Source of the DNA: Phoronis australis
Lineage: Eukaryota > Animalia > Phoronida
DNA length: 64,000 nucleotides
Reading direction: 5' to 3'
Assembly (NCBI GenBank): GCA_002633005.1
Contig: NMRA01000901.1
Span: 1-64,000, forward strand
Below, one piece after another: positions 13,339-27,466 of the stretch (position 1 is its first letter; each line of letters begins with the position of its first letter). The position numbers and the translations under genes were made by a program. The notes below the pieces were generated by a model. The model saw nothing but the letters and a program-made list of their open reading frames with translations, ran no database searches and was not told where the DNA came from.

Positions 13339-15702
13339 CTGAAATGAACAATAACAGCTAACTTGAATAAGAGTTTTAGTGTACGAAAGCAATGAGGGCA
13401 ATTCGCAAAGAGACGGGGAAACGGTACAATGGGAGAGGAAATGGTCAGAGGGGTAGGGGAATGGAGACTGGAGAGGGAGACAGGACGGTGAAACGAAAGT
13501 GTGCGGAAAGAGACATGTAGACTCACGAGTTCGGTGGAGAGATACAGAGAAAATCGTTACAGATGGACTCTACCTTCCTTATAAATTCTTGATCCACAAC
13601 GTCAGTTAGGATACACTTTCACCTGGTTTTATCTGAAGTTATCTGTGTTAATATTGCTTTCATTTATAGTTGTCCTTTTGGATGCTAGGAATACTGTGAC
13701 ATCGAACAAAAGGCGAGTACCACAGAATAAAGTTTATTGTCAATTTCACACATACATGTATCCTGATTGGGTATTTTGGTTGTCCTTTTGTCAACATCTT
13801 ATCAATTTTGTACTTTCGGGTATATATCGAAGTTACTAAAACATATGTAGTTCCTGCAAAGACAACTGTCTGAAACTAAGCTTGATTGCAGCTTCGCTGA
13901 AAAATTTTGGCGCGTTAGTATGAACTAAAATAACTTACTCTTCCCACTGGAAATCCAAGATTTTTAAAATCCTTCAGATGTCTCTCAATGTGGGGTTGAC
14001 ATCGAATTAATTTTTTTTCTTTAGCAGTAAGTGAGAACTTATCGACAAATATGTTAATTACCTGCACAACTATAGATGTTTGGCAGTTAAATTATGTAAT
14101 TTCTGAAAGTATTTTTTAAAATGCTCGCGTAACCTCTTTTTAATTTGTAGCACTCTGACATAACTGCGTAATTGATGTGTTGATGACAAAACAACAGAAT
14201 CAGTTTTTTAATGTATAAATGCTGAACACCAGTTATGCCACAGCAATTTGCAGTCTGTTTCATTTTCGTTTTCTGGAAACTTTAGCCAAATCTGAGCATG
14301 CAAAGAAATCCAAAACAGCCCAATTTTGCTCTTTCGACCGCCTTGACATTTTGCATCTGCATACACTGTAACAATAAAACTGACCACGCAAAACTGTGCC
14401 TAGACTATGTTTTAGAATTGGAAATATTTTGAAATGTGACCAACAGTTTCTTGCGTTGTTTCATTTTGACTAAATAGTGAGATACATGCAGGTTCCCACA
14501 ACAAATATGTCTGTAGCGATTAATGTAGAGCATGGGAGGCTCAACAAAAATATCACCGACTGGTGCCTGATCCCATGCAAGATTTTCATAAATTCTAACA
14601 CTTCCTCGTAATTGCTCGTAGGACGCTGACAGGAAGGTTGAAATGATCTATAATATATTGCTAAAAGTATTGCATTGAGTAGGTTACATCCCCTAGTCAT
14701 CGTACATGTATGTAAAACGATTAGTCTTTTTGAAATATAGTACGGTTTTAAAACATCTTATTATACTTTTAAAAAAGATTAATTGTGCTGTTAAAACATC
14801 TTACTATTTTTTTAAAAGACTAATTGTTCCCACAGAAGACTAGAGACACATGCTTGCCGCATGAATATCTTTAGATAGGCGTATCTATTTTCACTTTGTT
14901 TTTGATTTCTTTCAATAAGCATGATGGTACACATTTATCGCTAACCGGCTGATGGGGAGCAAGATACCGTATGCGTGCAACACGTACATGTATTTTTTCC
15001 AACAAAGACGCAACAAAAGAAAACAATATTAGTGTCCCATTGGGCGATAACCATGCAACACGCTTAAAGTCCTTGTCTCACGCGTTGTTAACCCTTATTA
15101 CATGGTTAGAAGATGTTATAAGGATCCAAGAAGTACCTACCCCATAACTAATACACGATCCGAACGCGCCATTCACGATTCGCACCCGAAGAAACACCGC
15201 CATTTTGAACTTGCCGCGAACCCGGAAGTACAATTCATTCAGGAACCCAGGCCGAGAAAACGCCGTCAGTGCGACTCGAGCAGTGCCTGTGTACTGTTAC
15301 CAGCCAGCAAACGGGGATACAATGATCGACAGCGCACCTTAATTTTAATAAAATCAAACTACAGACAATTTTATCGAATTTGCTGAAGAAATGTGGCGAA
15401 TAAATTTTGACATAAATTATTTTGCCAGACTCGGGACCGCAGCCTATCGGACCCTGTGCGGATCGAGACCAGACACTGGCGAACGGGTAAATGCATGCGG
15501 TTGCAAGCTGTTTTGTCGAAGCAAAATGGTCAAATGATAAATGCTGCATATATTCAAGGGTAGTTTCAGATACTTGCATGAAATTACGGGCTGGTTAGTC
15601 CTGTGTAACACTGCCGCGGCAGACTTTAGTAAGCCTCAGTCGTCAGCTACCAGTGAAGACTATAGTCAAAATACAGCTTGTTAATAGGCCTATACAGGCG
15701 TG

Positions 15703-15843
15703 CGTTCAGTAGACGCTAGGACCTACGCTAGGACCTTGCTAAAACCTAGACAAAGTCACGTGTTCTTATTCAAAATACACGGCGAAATCTCACGTATTCT
15801 CCCGAAGTCTTGCTTTTTAGCGAGGTCCCAGCGTTACTGAACG
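15703..15843. mobile_element. Short MITE-like inverted-repeat element
   Basis: cgttcagtagacgctaggacct... versus ...aggtcccagcgttactgaacg (imperfect TIR). Confidence 0.45.
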
Positions 15844-16034
15844 GGAGGCAGCTTTGCGCCAAGACTACCCTTAGGCCTAACTGGTCGCTGGCCACAAACA
15901 CAAAAAACACGAAAATTGAACAAAGTTTCTTTTTTGTAGCAACGTTTGTCAAAATGTATCAACGTTAAATCTTCACAAATTACAAAGTAGCCGACTGAAC
16001 ATGCCTTTCAGTTCAGCAAAAGTCGACATTGTAG

Positions 16035-16124
16035 NNNNNNNNNNNNNNNNNNNNNNNNNNNNNNNNNNNNNNNNNNNNNNNNNNNNNNNNNNNNNNNNNN
16101 NNNNNNNNNNNNNNNNNNNNNNNN
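16035..16124. other. Assembly gap (90 N)
   Basis: Run of n in the sequence; lies in the first intron of gene A. Confidence 1.
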
Positions 16125-16645
16125 AACTAAACACCAATGCTATTTTAACATACTAAGTACGCGTAACATTCCAAAAAAATCAACGACCACAAACTACAAA
16201 CTATAAATACACTACATATGCAAACGAATCACGATATATTACTAATAAAACAATATAATGAAGACTTTTCGAGCAAGCCATAGCACATTCAGTTACAAGG
16301 AAAAAATGGCGGCATTCAGGACAAGTTCCTGAACTGATGAGCCGGAAATGTGGGTACGGAAATAACCGATGACAACCGGTAATCATACGCTCAGAGAAAA
16401 GGGTCAAATACGGTTGAAAAATCGCTTTTGGCAAGAAAGGCGAAAAGAATGTAAAGAAAGGGTGTCGAAAATAAGATTTTATGTAGTAAGTATTTTCGGA
16501 TACTAGAACCACATGGGCAGTTTGCAACAAGGACTTTAAGCCTGTGTCATGGATCTGGCAAGTTAAACAATAGTTTGTGAAATCTATAAGACATCATTTG
16601 GCACGATATGAGCAAAAATTGCCGTTTTGGAGCCTGAGTAGCTGG

Positions 16646-16752
16646 GACACCTATATTAATAAGGCGGGAACCAACGGAAGCCCACCAAGAGCGGGCCCTC
16701 TAAATTAATATTTAACGCTTTCAGGCGGGGCTTCTATTTTAGTATAGGTGTC
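16646..16752. mobile_element. Short MITE-like element
   Basis: gacacctatattaataag versus ctattttagtataggtgtc imperfect terminal inverted repeat. Confidence 0.45.
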
Positions 16753-18574
16753 AAAACTTGAAGCTTGGCAATGGATTTTTTGGCTTGTATGTTTTTTTGT
16801 CATAAATACATGCAAGCACGAATGCTTTGCTAATTTAATTGAACTGTGAGGAAATTGGCTTCATTCTGACGATGACCAGTGTAAAGTTGGTAGTTACCGA
16901 TAAATGCTTGTCAAACTGAACATCGCATACGTCTGTCTATCGCTTTGTATGCGACCTAATTTCCTTGGGTTTGAGGCTAAAATTATGCCGGCCATAGAAA
17001 CAGATTAGAGGATTGTTGAGAAAATATTGCAGCGAGGAATCAGGGTGCATCTGAATACATTAAAAGCAAGACAAAATGCCTAAAAAGAAGTCAATTTTGC
17101 CACTACGTGCGTTATGTTACTTTATTAGCGAAGGTGCGATGGTGAGGAGACTTTTAGCGAGGCAACGAAAGCTATGGAGTACTTGCAATCATACGAGCAA
17201 CAATGGATCCAACTGCTGTCTTGCAGTAGACAATATGCACCTTGGGAGAATCTTGCTTCTTTGTTTTATGATACGCAAAAAGAGCGAATCATTTCCCTCC
17301 AACATGTTGAACCACAGTTGCGAATTACTGGCCCGAACACACAAATGGTCAAATGTTCTTCCATTTCTTAAGACGGAAAATTTTGGATATGTATTGCTCA
17401 ATTGTTGCTTTGGTGGATTGGGTGGAATGCTAAAAGAAATGCAATCATCCCCGAAGAGACTCGTGCCATAAGTCATACCGCACTCACACCACTCCGCACG
17501 ATGTTTCTAACCATTTGCTCATTCCACTTGCCACTGGAAAGAATTCTGCGTATCACGCAACATTCGTAATAATTCGCACACGGTTTACAAAAAATATAAC
17601 AATTACACGAACAGTACGCACATATCCACACACGTTTCCCACGACGTCCAAATAATCCGACTGCAGCTTGCACGCTCACAGAATAGCAATTTTCACACCC
17701 AAGCCTGCAAATTGTCACTGCCCCGCTGTAAATCATCTCAATATTCGAGTAGTTTGTTCTTAGCTTTATTGCCAATTTCTTTGCATTCGGTTGACAAATG
17801 ATCCCGTCGTGAAAGACTTAACCTTGTCGAGGTTACGGGAACTTCAAAAGCGTGTTAGCATTCTCAATGTATTTCCCCACACCTGTCCAAGGGGGGGATA
17901 AAAGATTGATAGTGTTTCATTAGACCGTTACACACTTCCATCACCCAGTTTGTTCATTTACAAACGATTGGTGAAATCATTAATGCCACGCATAACTAAT
18001 GAGTAACGATTTTGGCCATATTGCACCGAAACTTGTGAGTTTAATTCGGATAAGACATTTCCCAACAATAGCCTTACATGTAGCATTTGACTATTGCAAG
18101 GAACAACTCTGTGAATGGGCCCCTGGAAAACACGCATTGCAGTGTACATGAAAGACCCTAGCAATACTAATGGTGCTTTTTACATGAGTGGTTTTCAAAA
18201 AAAGAACTTCGATTAATTCCACGAATCAAAAGCAAGAATTGTTCAAAACAAACACGAAAGATTAATTTAGAAAACTGATACAGTTGCATAAAGCGCTTAC
18301 TTGGTCAACAACTTCTCATGCGTTGACAATGGGCTTACTGATGAATAGATCTAAGTAAAGCTCCCGAAGATGTGTTCCTCAAAATGAATTGAAACTATCT
18401 AGACAGTAAGGCAGTGGAGATACTCTCATGAATATGCTACTCCTCAAGCTAAATTTGAGCCACAAATCATGAGTTGAGCGTATTCCAACGACACCATTTG
18501 GTGGTGCACGTAAATGTAGGCAACAACACGAGATAGTGTTGGCTGAAGTTGATGGCAAAACAAAATGTACTTAC

Positions 18575-18620
18575 CCAGAAGGTAGAGTGACGCAATCAGT
18601 GATGCCTTATAAGACACCAT
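18575..18620 (-). CDS. Gene A candidate exon 1: signal peptide
   Basis: ATG GTG TCT TAT AAG...CTT CTG G|gtaagt, 46 nt, phase 1. MVSYKASLIASLYLL joins GCFLKSLSA to give a typical signal peptide. Separated from exon 2 by the N gap. Confidence 0.6.
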
Positions 18621-20291
18621 TTCGAATAAAACAGACTCGAGTTACTTCCTAGTAATGATCGTACGTACATATACACGAATATAAGATGCTCAACCGCACA
18701 ATGTAACAGAATTAACCCAAATTGCCCTCAGTTATCCTTAGAAGAAAGTTGAGCTAGGTTGAATCACATTGTTTTGACTTCTTGGTCTTAAAACAACTGC
18801 AATACGATGCCACATTGATGTTGGTTTCTAAATCCCTTCCCGTTGTCATAAACTACCCAGGTGACTGTGATAAAGTTTGACCCTACATCGAAGTCCTCTT
18901 CAACCAGGCGTTGTATGGTTTTACTCTGATAAGGTACGTGGTGGTTGGCCAACAACAGATAACGTATCGGTACTGACATCGATAAGACAGTAAAATAAAA
19001 CATTTTAAACTTCCTTGTAACTGCGATGGAGTGAATTGCGTGTATTTTAGATCAATAAAGGAATCGTGTTTTGTTATTTTTTAACTACATGGTTCTGCGG
19101 ATCGATTGCATATAAGCGGTCGCCATCTGATACAGCTCATGGTCAAAACATTTATTCACATTTAAACACATTGGTATGAGTCGATAAGTTTGGTTAATTT
19201 GTTCTATTTATGTGAAACGTCTGCCTAAATCACATTTGTGTACATGCGTTACTGAAGAATCAAGATGTTACGTTGTAAGCTCAATGTGTTTGACATGCAC
19301 TAAAATTTTGTGATTAGTTTGCGGTGTGTACAATCTGCTGAGTGAAAAGAACCCTAGTGCATTCTGTGCCACTTACTGGGTATAGTAATGTGGTAAACAT
19401 TAATTACTAAATGTACAAGTAACCGCAACAACTGGTGATTTGATCAATTAACGGAGTTACTTGGCAACGATAGTGTCAATATGGGACATCTGGATTGTCC
19501 TCAGTTTAACTTCAAGGTTTCAAAACTTGTGTATCAGGGTTGCTATTGCAAACAATGTAGTCATTCATGTCATTAAAAACATATGTATTAGTTAGTTAAA
19601 CACAACATGGCTACGGTTCTACATGCAGTTTCTTTTATACCCCGACATTTGATTGATATCACCGAGCACTCGCAGATTTCAACAGTTCCTTCGGCATGAC
19701 GTCATTTGAAATTAGTGCATAATATCCTGCTGCAAATGTTAGTTTTCATCAAAATCCGTCAAACTGTGCCCGTCTTCGTCAAAAATATGGCAAAGTAAAT
19801 TAACAAATTGACAGAAATTGTGACTGTCAATTTTTTGCTCCAGCAATTCCGTGTAGTTACACGCCGCTTGCGGTCAGGTTTGAGCCAATATCGTCACATG
19901 AGCATCAACTGACACTTGGCACTCACTTATTACTTAACTGGGGGGATTTCCGTTGCTGCTCGGTCCTTCTATCGTTAAAATTGATAATCAAAATTTGCAG
20001 CCCTTATCTTGGAGGATAAAACACAAGGCGTTTAGTGTTACAATGGGGTCACGCTAAGGAACTTAAGTACTTGACACCAGAACACCTTTAAGAAATGTGG
20101 CAACACCAGTAACATACTACATGTAACACGGAAACGTTAATTGGAAGTTGGATATTCCTGCAATTTTGAGTTTGGAATTCACCGAAATTACACGAGCTCG
20201 TGCTTTTGATAATTTGTTTTGCACTGAATAGGGTTCACGGCATATTCGTTCCGCGGATCTTTGGACCCGGAAATACACGGCAAATTCAAAG
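18621..20291. promoter_or_regulatory. Putative shared bidirectional promoter region between genes A and B
   Basis: Lies between the two divergent inferred start codons; ETS-like ccggaaat (~20267) and YY1-like aagatggcg at gene B's ATG. Function is inferred. Confidence 0.4.
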
Positions 20292-20340
20292 ATGGCGACC
20301 ACCGAGACGGGTTCTATCGTTTTTGCATGTCTTCTAATAT
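20292..20340 (+). CDS. Gene B candidate exon 1: signal peptide
   Basis: ATG GCG ACC...CTA ATA T|gtaagt, 49 nt, phase 1; MATTETGSIVFACLLI joins CCILKILSA. Confidence 0.7.
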
Positions 20341-22195
20341 GTAAGTAATCGCATGTGCACGTATGCAATTAATTATCTACCGTGTTATTCCAGTTTTTTA
20401 CACAGCCTAAATCTATGAAACGCCACAAGTTATTGCGGCTCTAACCCTATTCTGTTAGTTGCAATTGATGAATATCAACTACGATATACATATAAGCTAG
20501 TTTTGTTTTCAGCAATAACGCTGCAAATGAGATTAACCAACAGCTAGAATGTCGTTTCCTCTTAAAAACGAAGTGATTTGTCCATTGTGTGTCCATTAAG
20601 GTTATTTTCACCTTCTTGCCATTATCACGGACCCCTGCGATCCTCCTCAGAGCATTTACATGTATAGCACACCTGCTGAATAACTAGCCATCATCGGATA
20701 TTGAATACAACTATAAGGGATGCAAAATACACCACGAATATCCTCGAAAGCAAATGTAGTGTACCATTTGTGATTTTAGGTACAGGTAGAGCACGTCTGA
20801 CTTTTCCCCGATTTTGATTGAACTCAGATTGTGCTCACCAACTCCCGCACAAGACTTCGCGAAATGGTCCACATTTTGCGTGCTTAATTTCAATAAGATT
20901 TAGAACATGGGCATAACTTACACGCATATGAGGGAAATGTGGTAGTACAAACTGTCAATATCAAATACAACGCGTCAAATGAGGGTAGTATTGCCAACTC
21001 AATGGAAAACAATAAAGCGATTGTGGAACGCAACTGCCCTGTCAAAATTTTTCAAAGTGTTTCAGGCGGGGGTAAATTGTAAAAATTGTTAACCCAAAGA
21101 AATAAAATGTTTTAAAAAATGTCAAGCATCGGCTAAATATGCAGATGAACAAACAGGTCCTTGGTGTGCAGGAACACGGGTTGGGATCCCAATACTTCAA
21201 GAGTCTCAGGTAGACTTACATGTACGTATATAGAGCAGATATTGTCGGACTTTACAATCGAGTTCGAGCTATCCAGTCACTAAGTTCACTGATTCTTGTG
21301 AGAAAAGTTGGTGCGCTGCCGTTCAAATGGAAAACTCTAACACTCTATTTTTCTTAACTATGGTTGTTTGCTGCAAAGAAGGAACCACAATCATATAAAA
21401 CGTTTGTTTCAGGTATGATTTGAAAAACTAGAAACCAACATGTGTGGCACTATTTCTTTCGGATAAATTTACATGTTTGCTCCCTCAGGGCGACTATGTT
21501 GTTACCTCTTCAGTATTTGAACTTTTATCTCGGCAACACATGCTTGAAGAAAAAAAGACGTTAAGAGAGACAACCTGTGTCACGATTAAAGAATTCTTCT
21601 GATGCAGCTCTACACTGAAACAATTTTGTCGTTGACAGCAAGATACCGTCCGGAAGTACTTGAACGGTTGTTCATGGTAAACTTGTTCGCGCGGAATAGA
21701 ATTAATCAGGCACAGTGTGTTGTTCACTAAAACAAGAGAGACATTAGAAAACATAAATACCGTTCACGAAGACGCTTGTATTTAGTAAAATGAAATTAAT
21801 TGCTCTATTTAAGTATCAAATATATTTACGATCGCCCTAGTATTTTTCACCTTGTGCCTGTTGAAGTGAAATTCTACTGGGTACAGAAACATGTAGTAGC
21901 GGTTCCTAAATGTACATGTATTGCAAATCCATTCCTCACACTTAGTAAAGGACAGTAAATAGCGTACTCCATTTCCCCACCTCTCTCTTTCCCACGATTC
22001 CTGGCTCATGTCCTTTCAAGTACATCCCTTCTCTTTCAATGACTCTACATTCATTGTATACCATAATCATGAACATCAAAGAGCCGCCCAACCCAAAGTC
22101 CTCCACTTTCCTTACCTGGGCTCTTTTCCCTCACCAACATTTTTTTCTCTATTTTCCTGATTCCTCAAAATGTAGTAAATGGTCAGCATTTATTG

Positions 22196-22436
22196 CATGC
22201 GCGCTTCCAGCCTTCAATATGGGATGGCTCGAATTCCTTTTGTTACCAAAAGAGCAGGCGGACTGATAAAAAAACGGCATCACCGCGATTTTGCGCGTTT
22301 GAGCATGTTTAGTGGACGTTTGCCTCATTTTCTTAGACTTTTTGTCTCTCAGAGGCGGACCTTTTTGCCCACTTCGCCAAATGGGGGGAGGGGCTCCTTC
22401 GAGCCTGCAGAGCCCAACCCCCTGGTTGCACGCATG
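22196..22436. mobile_element. MITE, CATGCG-ended family, 5-bp TSD
   Basis: Ends catgcgcg / cacgcatg; TSD tattg at 22191-22195 and 22437-22441. Confidence 0.75.
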
Positions 22437-22471
22437 TATTGTTATCGTTAAACTGTGAATCATCATTTCAG

Positions 22472-22541
22472 GTTGCATTCTGAAGATTCTATCTGCGTCG
22501 ACTATAACGTGTGACACGAAGTTCCAATACAAGCAAGATAA
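22472..22541 (+). CDS. Gene B exon 2: end of signal peptide and start of LCCL
   Basis: catttcag|GT TGC ATT...GAT AA|gtaagc, 70 nt, CILKILSASTITCDTKFQYKQD. Confidence 0.88.
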
Positions 22542-23629
22542 GTAAGCTTCATTATATTAATCTATCATTTCCAAGTCCATTAACACTAACCGCTTCTCCT
22601 CCTAAATTCACCAAAATCTTGTTTGTACATGGACTTTGTATACCTATTTGCAACATACAAAGGGGAACTTGATAACCCAAAAAACACACATACAGTCCCG
22701 TGCAGTGGCTATGACTAAGGAGTGAGTGGTCCGCATTCGTAGTTCGCCAAGGCAAATCTAACACATTGTAAGATAAACTGTTTTTCCAAAGCACTTCAAG
22801 GGAATGGTTAGGAGTATTAATAAAACACATTCTCCATGCAGTAACAATGTCAACAGTTGAAACGTGTCTACACTGAAAATGTATATTTTTCTCAACTAAA
22901 TAAAGGTGAAATAGGGAGAACGAAGACGCGTTGTTTGTATGCGTAAGTTGGAAATAGATTCAAATCTTTATGCGTTTGCAGTTTTTCCAAAACCAGAATT
23001 CGGAAAATACGACCTCAGTGGGATTAGTGAGCTGGAAATTCGTTCCTAGGATTCGTGGCGAGAAGAAAAACACATGTGGGGGGTACTGGAAAAATTATGA
23101 AACACTATTGACGGTGTCCGTGTTGTGATGGCGGTATTGACGAAAAACTGTAGTGGCACCGCATCTCTGATGTGACGGGGGTAATAGTTACCATGCAATC
23201 GAATAGAGAGTTGGAGAAATAACACTTTGCATAGGCAGATTTGGGGGGGCACCCCCACCCTTGGCTGCCGGAAACGAAATGAAATACCATCCAGCAACAG
23301 TGTGAATAGAGAGAAAATATTGGATTTAGGGTTTAGGAACTGGCACTGTACTAGGGGGGCGGGTTCAGATTCCATATCGCGCCGAATCGTGTTTCCTTTT
23401 TTAGTTAACAGATAGATTTCCTGAACATAAGGTTCACGTCCAAGGCACCCGCAACTTTCGGGCGCCTGTGCATTTACAATCGCGCTTTGCCCAACTCCCC
23501 GAAGCAACATTTTGAGATGTTGGGGCCCTCCTTGTGGTATCCTAGATCCGTCACTGCTTTGATACTTACGTTTGTTGTCCGATCGCGGACATCCCTGGTG
23601 GGCGAGGAGTAACGCGCTTGAAAGCATGC

Positions 23630-24010
23630 CTCGCATTGACTATCATACTGTTGCTAAGGTTTCTTAAAAGCTGAAGCGTATATGGATTGAGCCTGATTAC
23701 GAGATCAATTTTGCGCACCGATTCTAAGGCATACATTGGTGCATACAAAGGACAAACGTATTAAAAGGCAGTATCAGTGGGGTAATTAATCACGTCCGTT
23801 GTGAAGATGACAATTGTGAAGAGAAGTGGGTGTACATAGGAGAAACTCAACAACCCCTGCGCAAATGGTTGTTCCAACGCCGTAGGTGGTGGATAGACAG
23901 ATGGTCAGGATACTGAGAGTTTTGAATAGTCATTCAAAATCATCCTCATTAAGACATGTTATCCTTCACTTAGCATGCACGAAAGAGGGAGGCATGCACT
24001 GCTGAACACT
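23630..24010 (+). mobile_element. Penelope-like element fragment (GIY-YIG endonuclease)
   Basis: Degenerate translation LRHTLVHTKDK...SGVINHVRCEDDNCEEKWVYIGETQQPLRKWLFQRRR. Confidence 0.75.
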
Positions 24011-25129
24011 GCTGCATGTATAGATCGTGTATTGCGAAAGCAAAGCAGTGGGCGTCCGCCTGTCCTGTCATTCTACTAATTCAGCAGCATTCCTCAAGAC
24101 TGGAATTGGTACAGTGTACGCTTCGAGGACTTAAGGATTTTTTAATGGCATAGTCAAATTGAACAGTTTTGATTTCTTTGAATACGAATTTCCCCGAGTG
24201 GGTAAACATTACATGTCAGTTATTGTAAACATAAACAAATGGATTGTCTGTAGAATTCGATTTTGACTGTTTACCAATTTGCCATTGGGTTGAATGTCAG
24301 AGTCATATTCGTAAAGTAAGAGAAAAGAAATGCACTTTATTAGCAAAGCGACCATAACATCACTACATTGAATTTAATATAAATGCTCAAGGTTAAATCC
24401 CAAAATCACGGTTCCAGTTTTCTAAATTATCAGTTCGTTTTTCATTCATGTAAATTCATTTAATTTTTGGCGCTTAATAAAAGCCACAAAACATTTTGAT
24501 AGCATTTGGTGCAAAATTAAACCTTTTAAATTTGGAGAAATGTGCACAAAGTAAATTGAGCCAAAGTTTCTGTTAAAATCGGTAAGCGATTTCTGAGATA
24601 AAATGTTAGCAATTTAACCAAATTTGGACATTTTGAAGTCCTGCATACCGTTTTAAAAACCGTTTCCAAACGTAATACTCTGTGTCACTGTGTGCCCCAA
24701 CGCTTCATTGATTTTAAAACGCAAAATGTGTAAATGAACTGCAGCATTTCCAATTACAAGTCGTTTGTTTTCTAAAACTAAGTAGTTTGGAGTTTGAAAC
24801 ATTATCAATCTCCCCCGATTGTTAACGAATGAACAGCCAACTCAGGTCAAAGGTAGTGTGTAAATCCGCAATATCATGATTAATTGAGTAGAAAAATATC
24901 TGAACCGATTTCCTGGGCCGCTAATCCTTTCCAAATTATTATTGATACCGGTAGGGATTCCATAAGGAACACTTCATGTACGAGAGCGATTTCATGTCAG
25001 CTGGATTTTCGTTTTTAGTAGGCTGAAGAGGGGAAAATGTTTAAAAAGTCGTGTATAATACATTTTATCCAGTCGTAGGCTGCATCTTGTGGTATTTTTG
25101 AAAAGTAATACTTCACATTGATCTTTTAG

Positions 25130-25202
25130 CACGGACTACGTCTGTCCCAAGGAAATGTGCCCCATGGACAAGCACGTGTATGGAAGTTATTATTACACAA
25201 GC
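25130..25202 (+). CDS. Gene B exon 3: LCCL domain
   Basis: cttttag|...|gtaagt, 73 nt, TDYVCPKEMCPMDKHVYGSYYYTS. Confidence 0.9.
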
Positions 25203-25307
25203 GTAAGTGGATATTACTCTTTCAAAAATACATTACAGACCGCTGATGTTCATCTACGTATAGGAGTTGACAAGAAAGTACCTTACTTTGCATATGTGGT
25301 ATACCAT

Positions 25308-25561
25308 GGGCTGACTTCAAAAAACTGACTTATGTTGACATTTGACTTAAGTCTAAACTTTGTCTCGACTTCCGTACATGAAAATTCTAGTTACGGTAAA
25401 ATAGTCAAAACTATAACTTAAAATTTAAGTCAAAGACTTAAGTCAATTCAATCTTAAAATCTCGTTTTGAAAAGGATTAAGACAAATTTTTAAGCTTTTT
25501 CTTAAAATTGACTAAAATTTAAAAATTGTCAGATCTAAGTCAGATTTCTGGAACATGGCCC
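25308..25561. mobile_element. Harbinger-like MITE (degenerate)
   Basis: gggctgacttcaaaaaactgactta versus taagtcagatttctggaacatggccc imperfect TIR; internal gacttaagtc palindromic repeats. Confidence 0.5.
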
Positions 25562-27004
25562 TTGCTTACACAAATAAAAGGGAGCGATGTGCAGGTCCAG
25601 CTTCAACCGACGTCCCAAATTGCCCTAATTTCAAAGTTGCGCCCATTTGTGTGAGCGACACTATTCTAAATTAGCACAATTTTTCCAAATTGTCAGCAAA
25701 GGTTTTGCTAATGACAGGTTTCGCAGTACTATAGTACAGGCCCAAATTGCCACAACAACGTTAGTTTAATCAGTGGGATATTCTACATGTAGCTGCGGTG
25801 ATCAGATCTTTCACCTATAAGGCACGGTGCAATAAAAAAGACCCAAATTCAAGCTGCAGCAAAAATATTGGGAAATTCGAGGAAATTCTTCTGAAGCCCA
25901 CAAGACCTCCTCATCTCTCAGCACCCTCGACCCACGACTCCCTTGACCCACAACCTGTTGCAATAGGGGTATGTTTGTGCTTTTTACATATTTCACAATC
26001 TAACTACGTCGCTGAGTGACGTTCTAATAAGACATACTTACCCGCCAGTGTGCTCTGGCTCAAGTTTGGCGATTAAAAGTAGAAAGTGGTGTGACATCGT
26101 GATGTGAAATAGTGCATTGCAAGGGCGATATCGCTTTGATGGAAAAAGTTTCACGAGTGGCTACCTTTGGCCCAGTTCTACTAAACCTAGGGAGAGAGAC
26201 GGTTAACGTGAATGTACATAATTTTACTTTATAATTGTTATTATTTGCTTTCTGTTTTACACATTCTAAATATCACGTTGAACTATTCTTAGGCAACAGT
26301 TTGTTTTTTCAAACGGTATTTATTGATGAATTACAGTTTTGTCAGTTCTCGGCACTCCGCAAAAAACTGAAACTGCCATTTCACTGAAGATCAGCCGACA
26401 CGATTAATATCTACATGTTATTATGGTACTCAGCTGCACTTAATCGTGGAGCTTAGACGCATCCGCTTACTTGCGGAACGCATTAGAACAAAACTCTTGC
26501 AAAGCAGACGCATGATACATGTAGGAGCATGGTAAGGCAAGTACAAGGAGGCTTTTTTGCCCCTACTTGCAATATTATGGAGTGTTGTTTCGGATAAAGG
26601 TTCATGTCAGGCGCGTAGGAAGGCAAACATTTTTGGGGGGCACAAACCATTTCAACTTCGCCAAACAGTCCCCCACCCTTTGCCAACACCTCCTCCACCC
26701 ACCCCCACCTCGCCGCGTGCACCCGATGCCACAATATTTGTACCTAATCTCCCTCGCCCGCCCTAGGTGGGAGGCAGAGTGGCGAATTTAGGAGTGTCCA
26801 TGCGGCCGGTGCGCCAGAAAAAGTCTCTCAGATTCCATTTGGCAGTTCGGAGGTAAAACCTTGGCTAATACTCTGCCCTGTCAAAACTCCCAAACTCAAA
26901 ATCCTGAATCCGTCCGACCTTTGACAATCCCGCGGGGGTGAAGCCATCAAAAGTTTAGTAAAAGTGAACCACGGAGAATCAGACTGGGTCAGTTCGGAGA
27001 AATC

Positions 27005-27250
27005 TCCTCGCGGTGTCGCTGCTGTACTGGTGGTAATTGAATTGCGCAGTCGTGGCTGTCTGGATGTAAACAACTTGTAAAAGATAGAATTGTTATCAAA
27101 ATACGTCGTCGCGCTAAGCCTTATTACTGCTAATTTCCCTGGTGAAGTCTTCGACAGGTGGCCAAAAATTCCCAAGAGACCTAAATGTTACTATATTTGT
27201 GGACAATTGCGGGCAAAAGGGTCAACTAACTGAAAAAAGTGTGTGGTTGC
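27005..27250. repeat. Dispersed repeat, inverted copy at ~33235-33475
   Basis: For example ttgttatcaaaatacgtcgtcgcgctaagccttatt (~27090) versus aataaggctttgcgcgacgaagtattttgataacaa (~33358). Confidence 0.8.
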
Positions 27251-27317
27251 TGAAGAACAGTGTGTGCTCTATGCATTGCTTGTGTTTCGTGAATAAAATC
27301 ATATTCTGCTTCAAAAG

Positions 27318-27466
27318 GATTCCACCGTATGCCGGTCAGCACGGCACGACGGTCGTATAATACCATGGAGTGACAATGACGCAGACAGGACGGTGAGATG
27401 GACCACCTGCACCACCCCTTCTGCGTATCTCCTGTCACTTCGTTACGGTGCTGGGAAGAGTTGGGG
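27318..27466 (+). CDS. Gene B exon 4: LCCL domain core
   Basis: tcaaaag|GAT...TGG GG|gtaagt, 149 nt, DSTVCRSARHDGRIIPW...YGAGKSW; 36/49 aa identical to gene A exon 4 by manual count. Confidence 0.9.

Larger units (their letters stand above)
1812..18620 (-). other. Gene A span: signal peptide-LCCL-Ig-like-F-type lectin (N-half) protein, inverted paralog of gene B; 3' part not in window or not recognised
   Basis: Seven minus-strand GT-AG exons join in frame (phases 1,2,0,2,1,1,1). Six have homologous counterparts in gene B on the plus strand. Confidence 0.85.
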
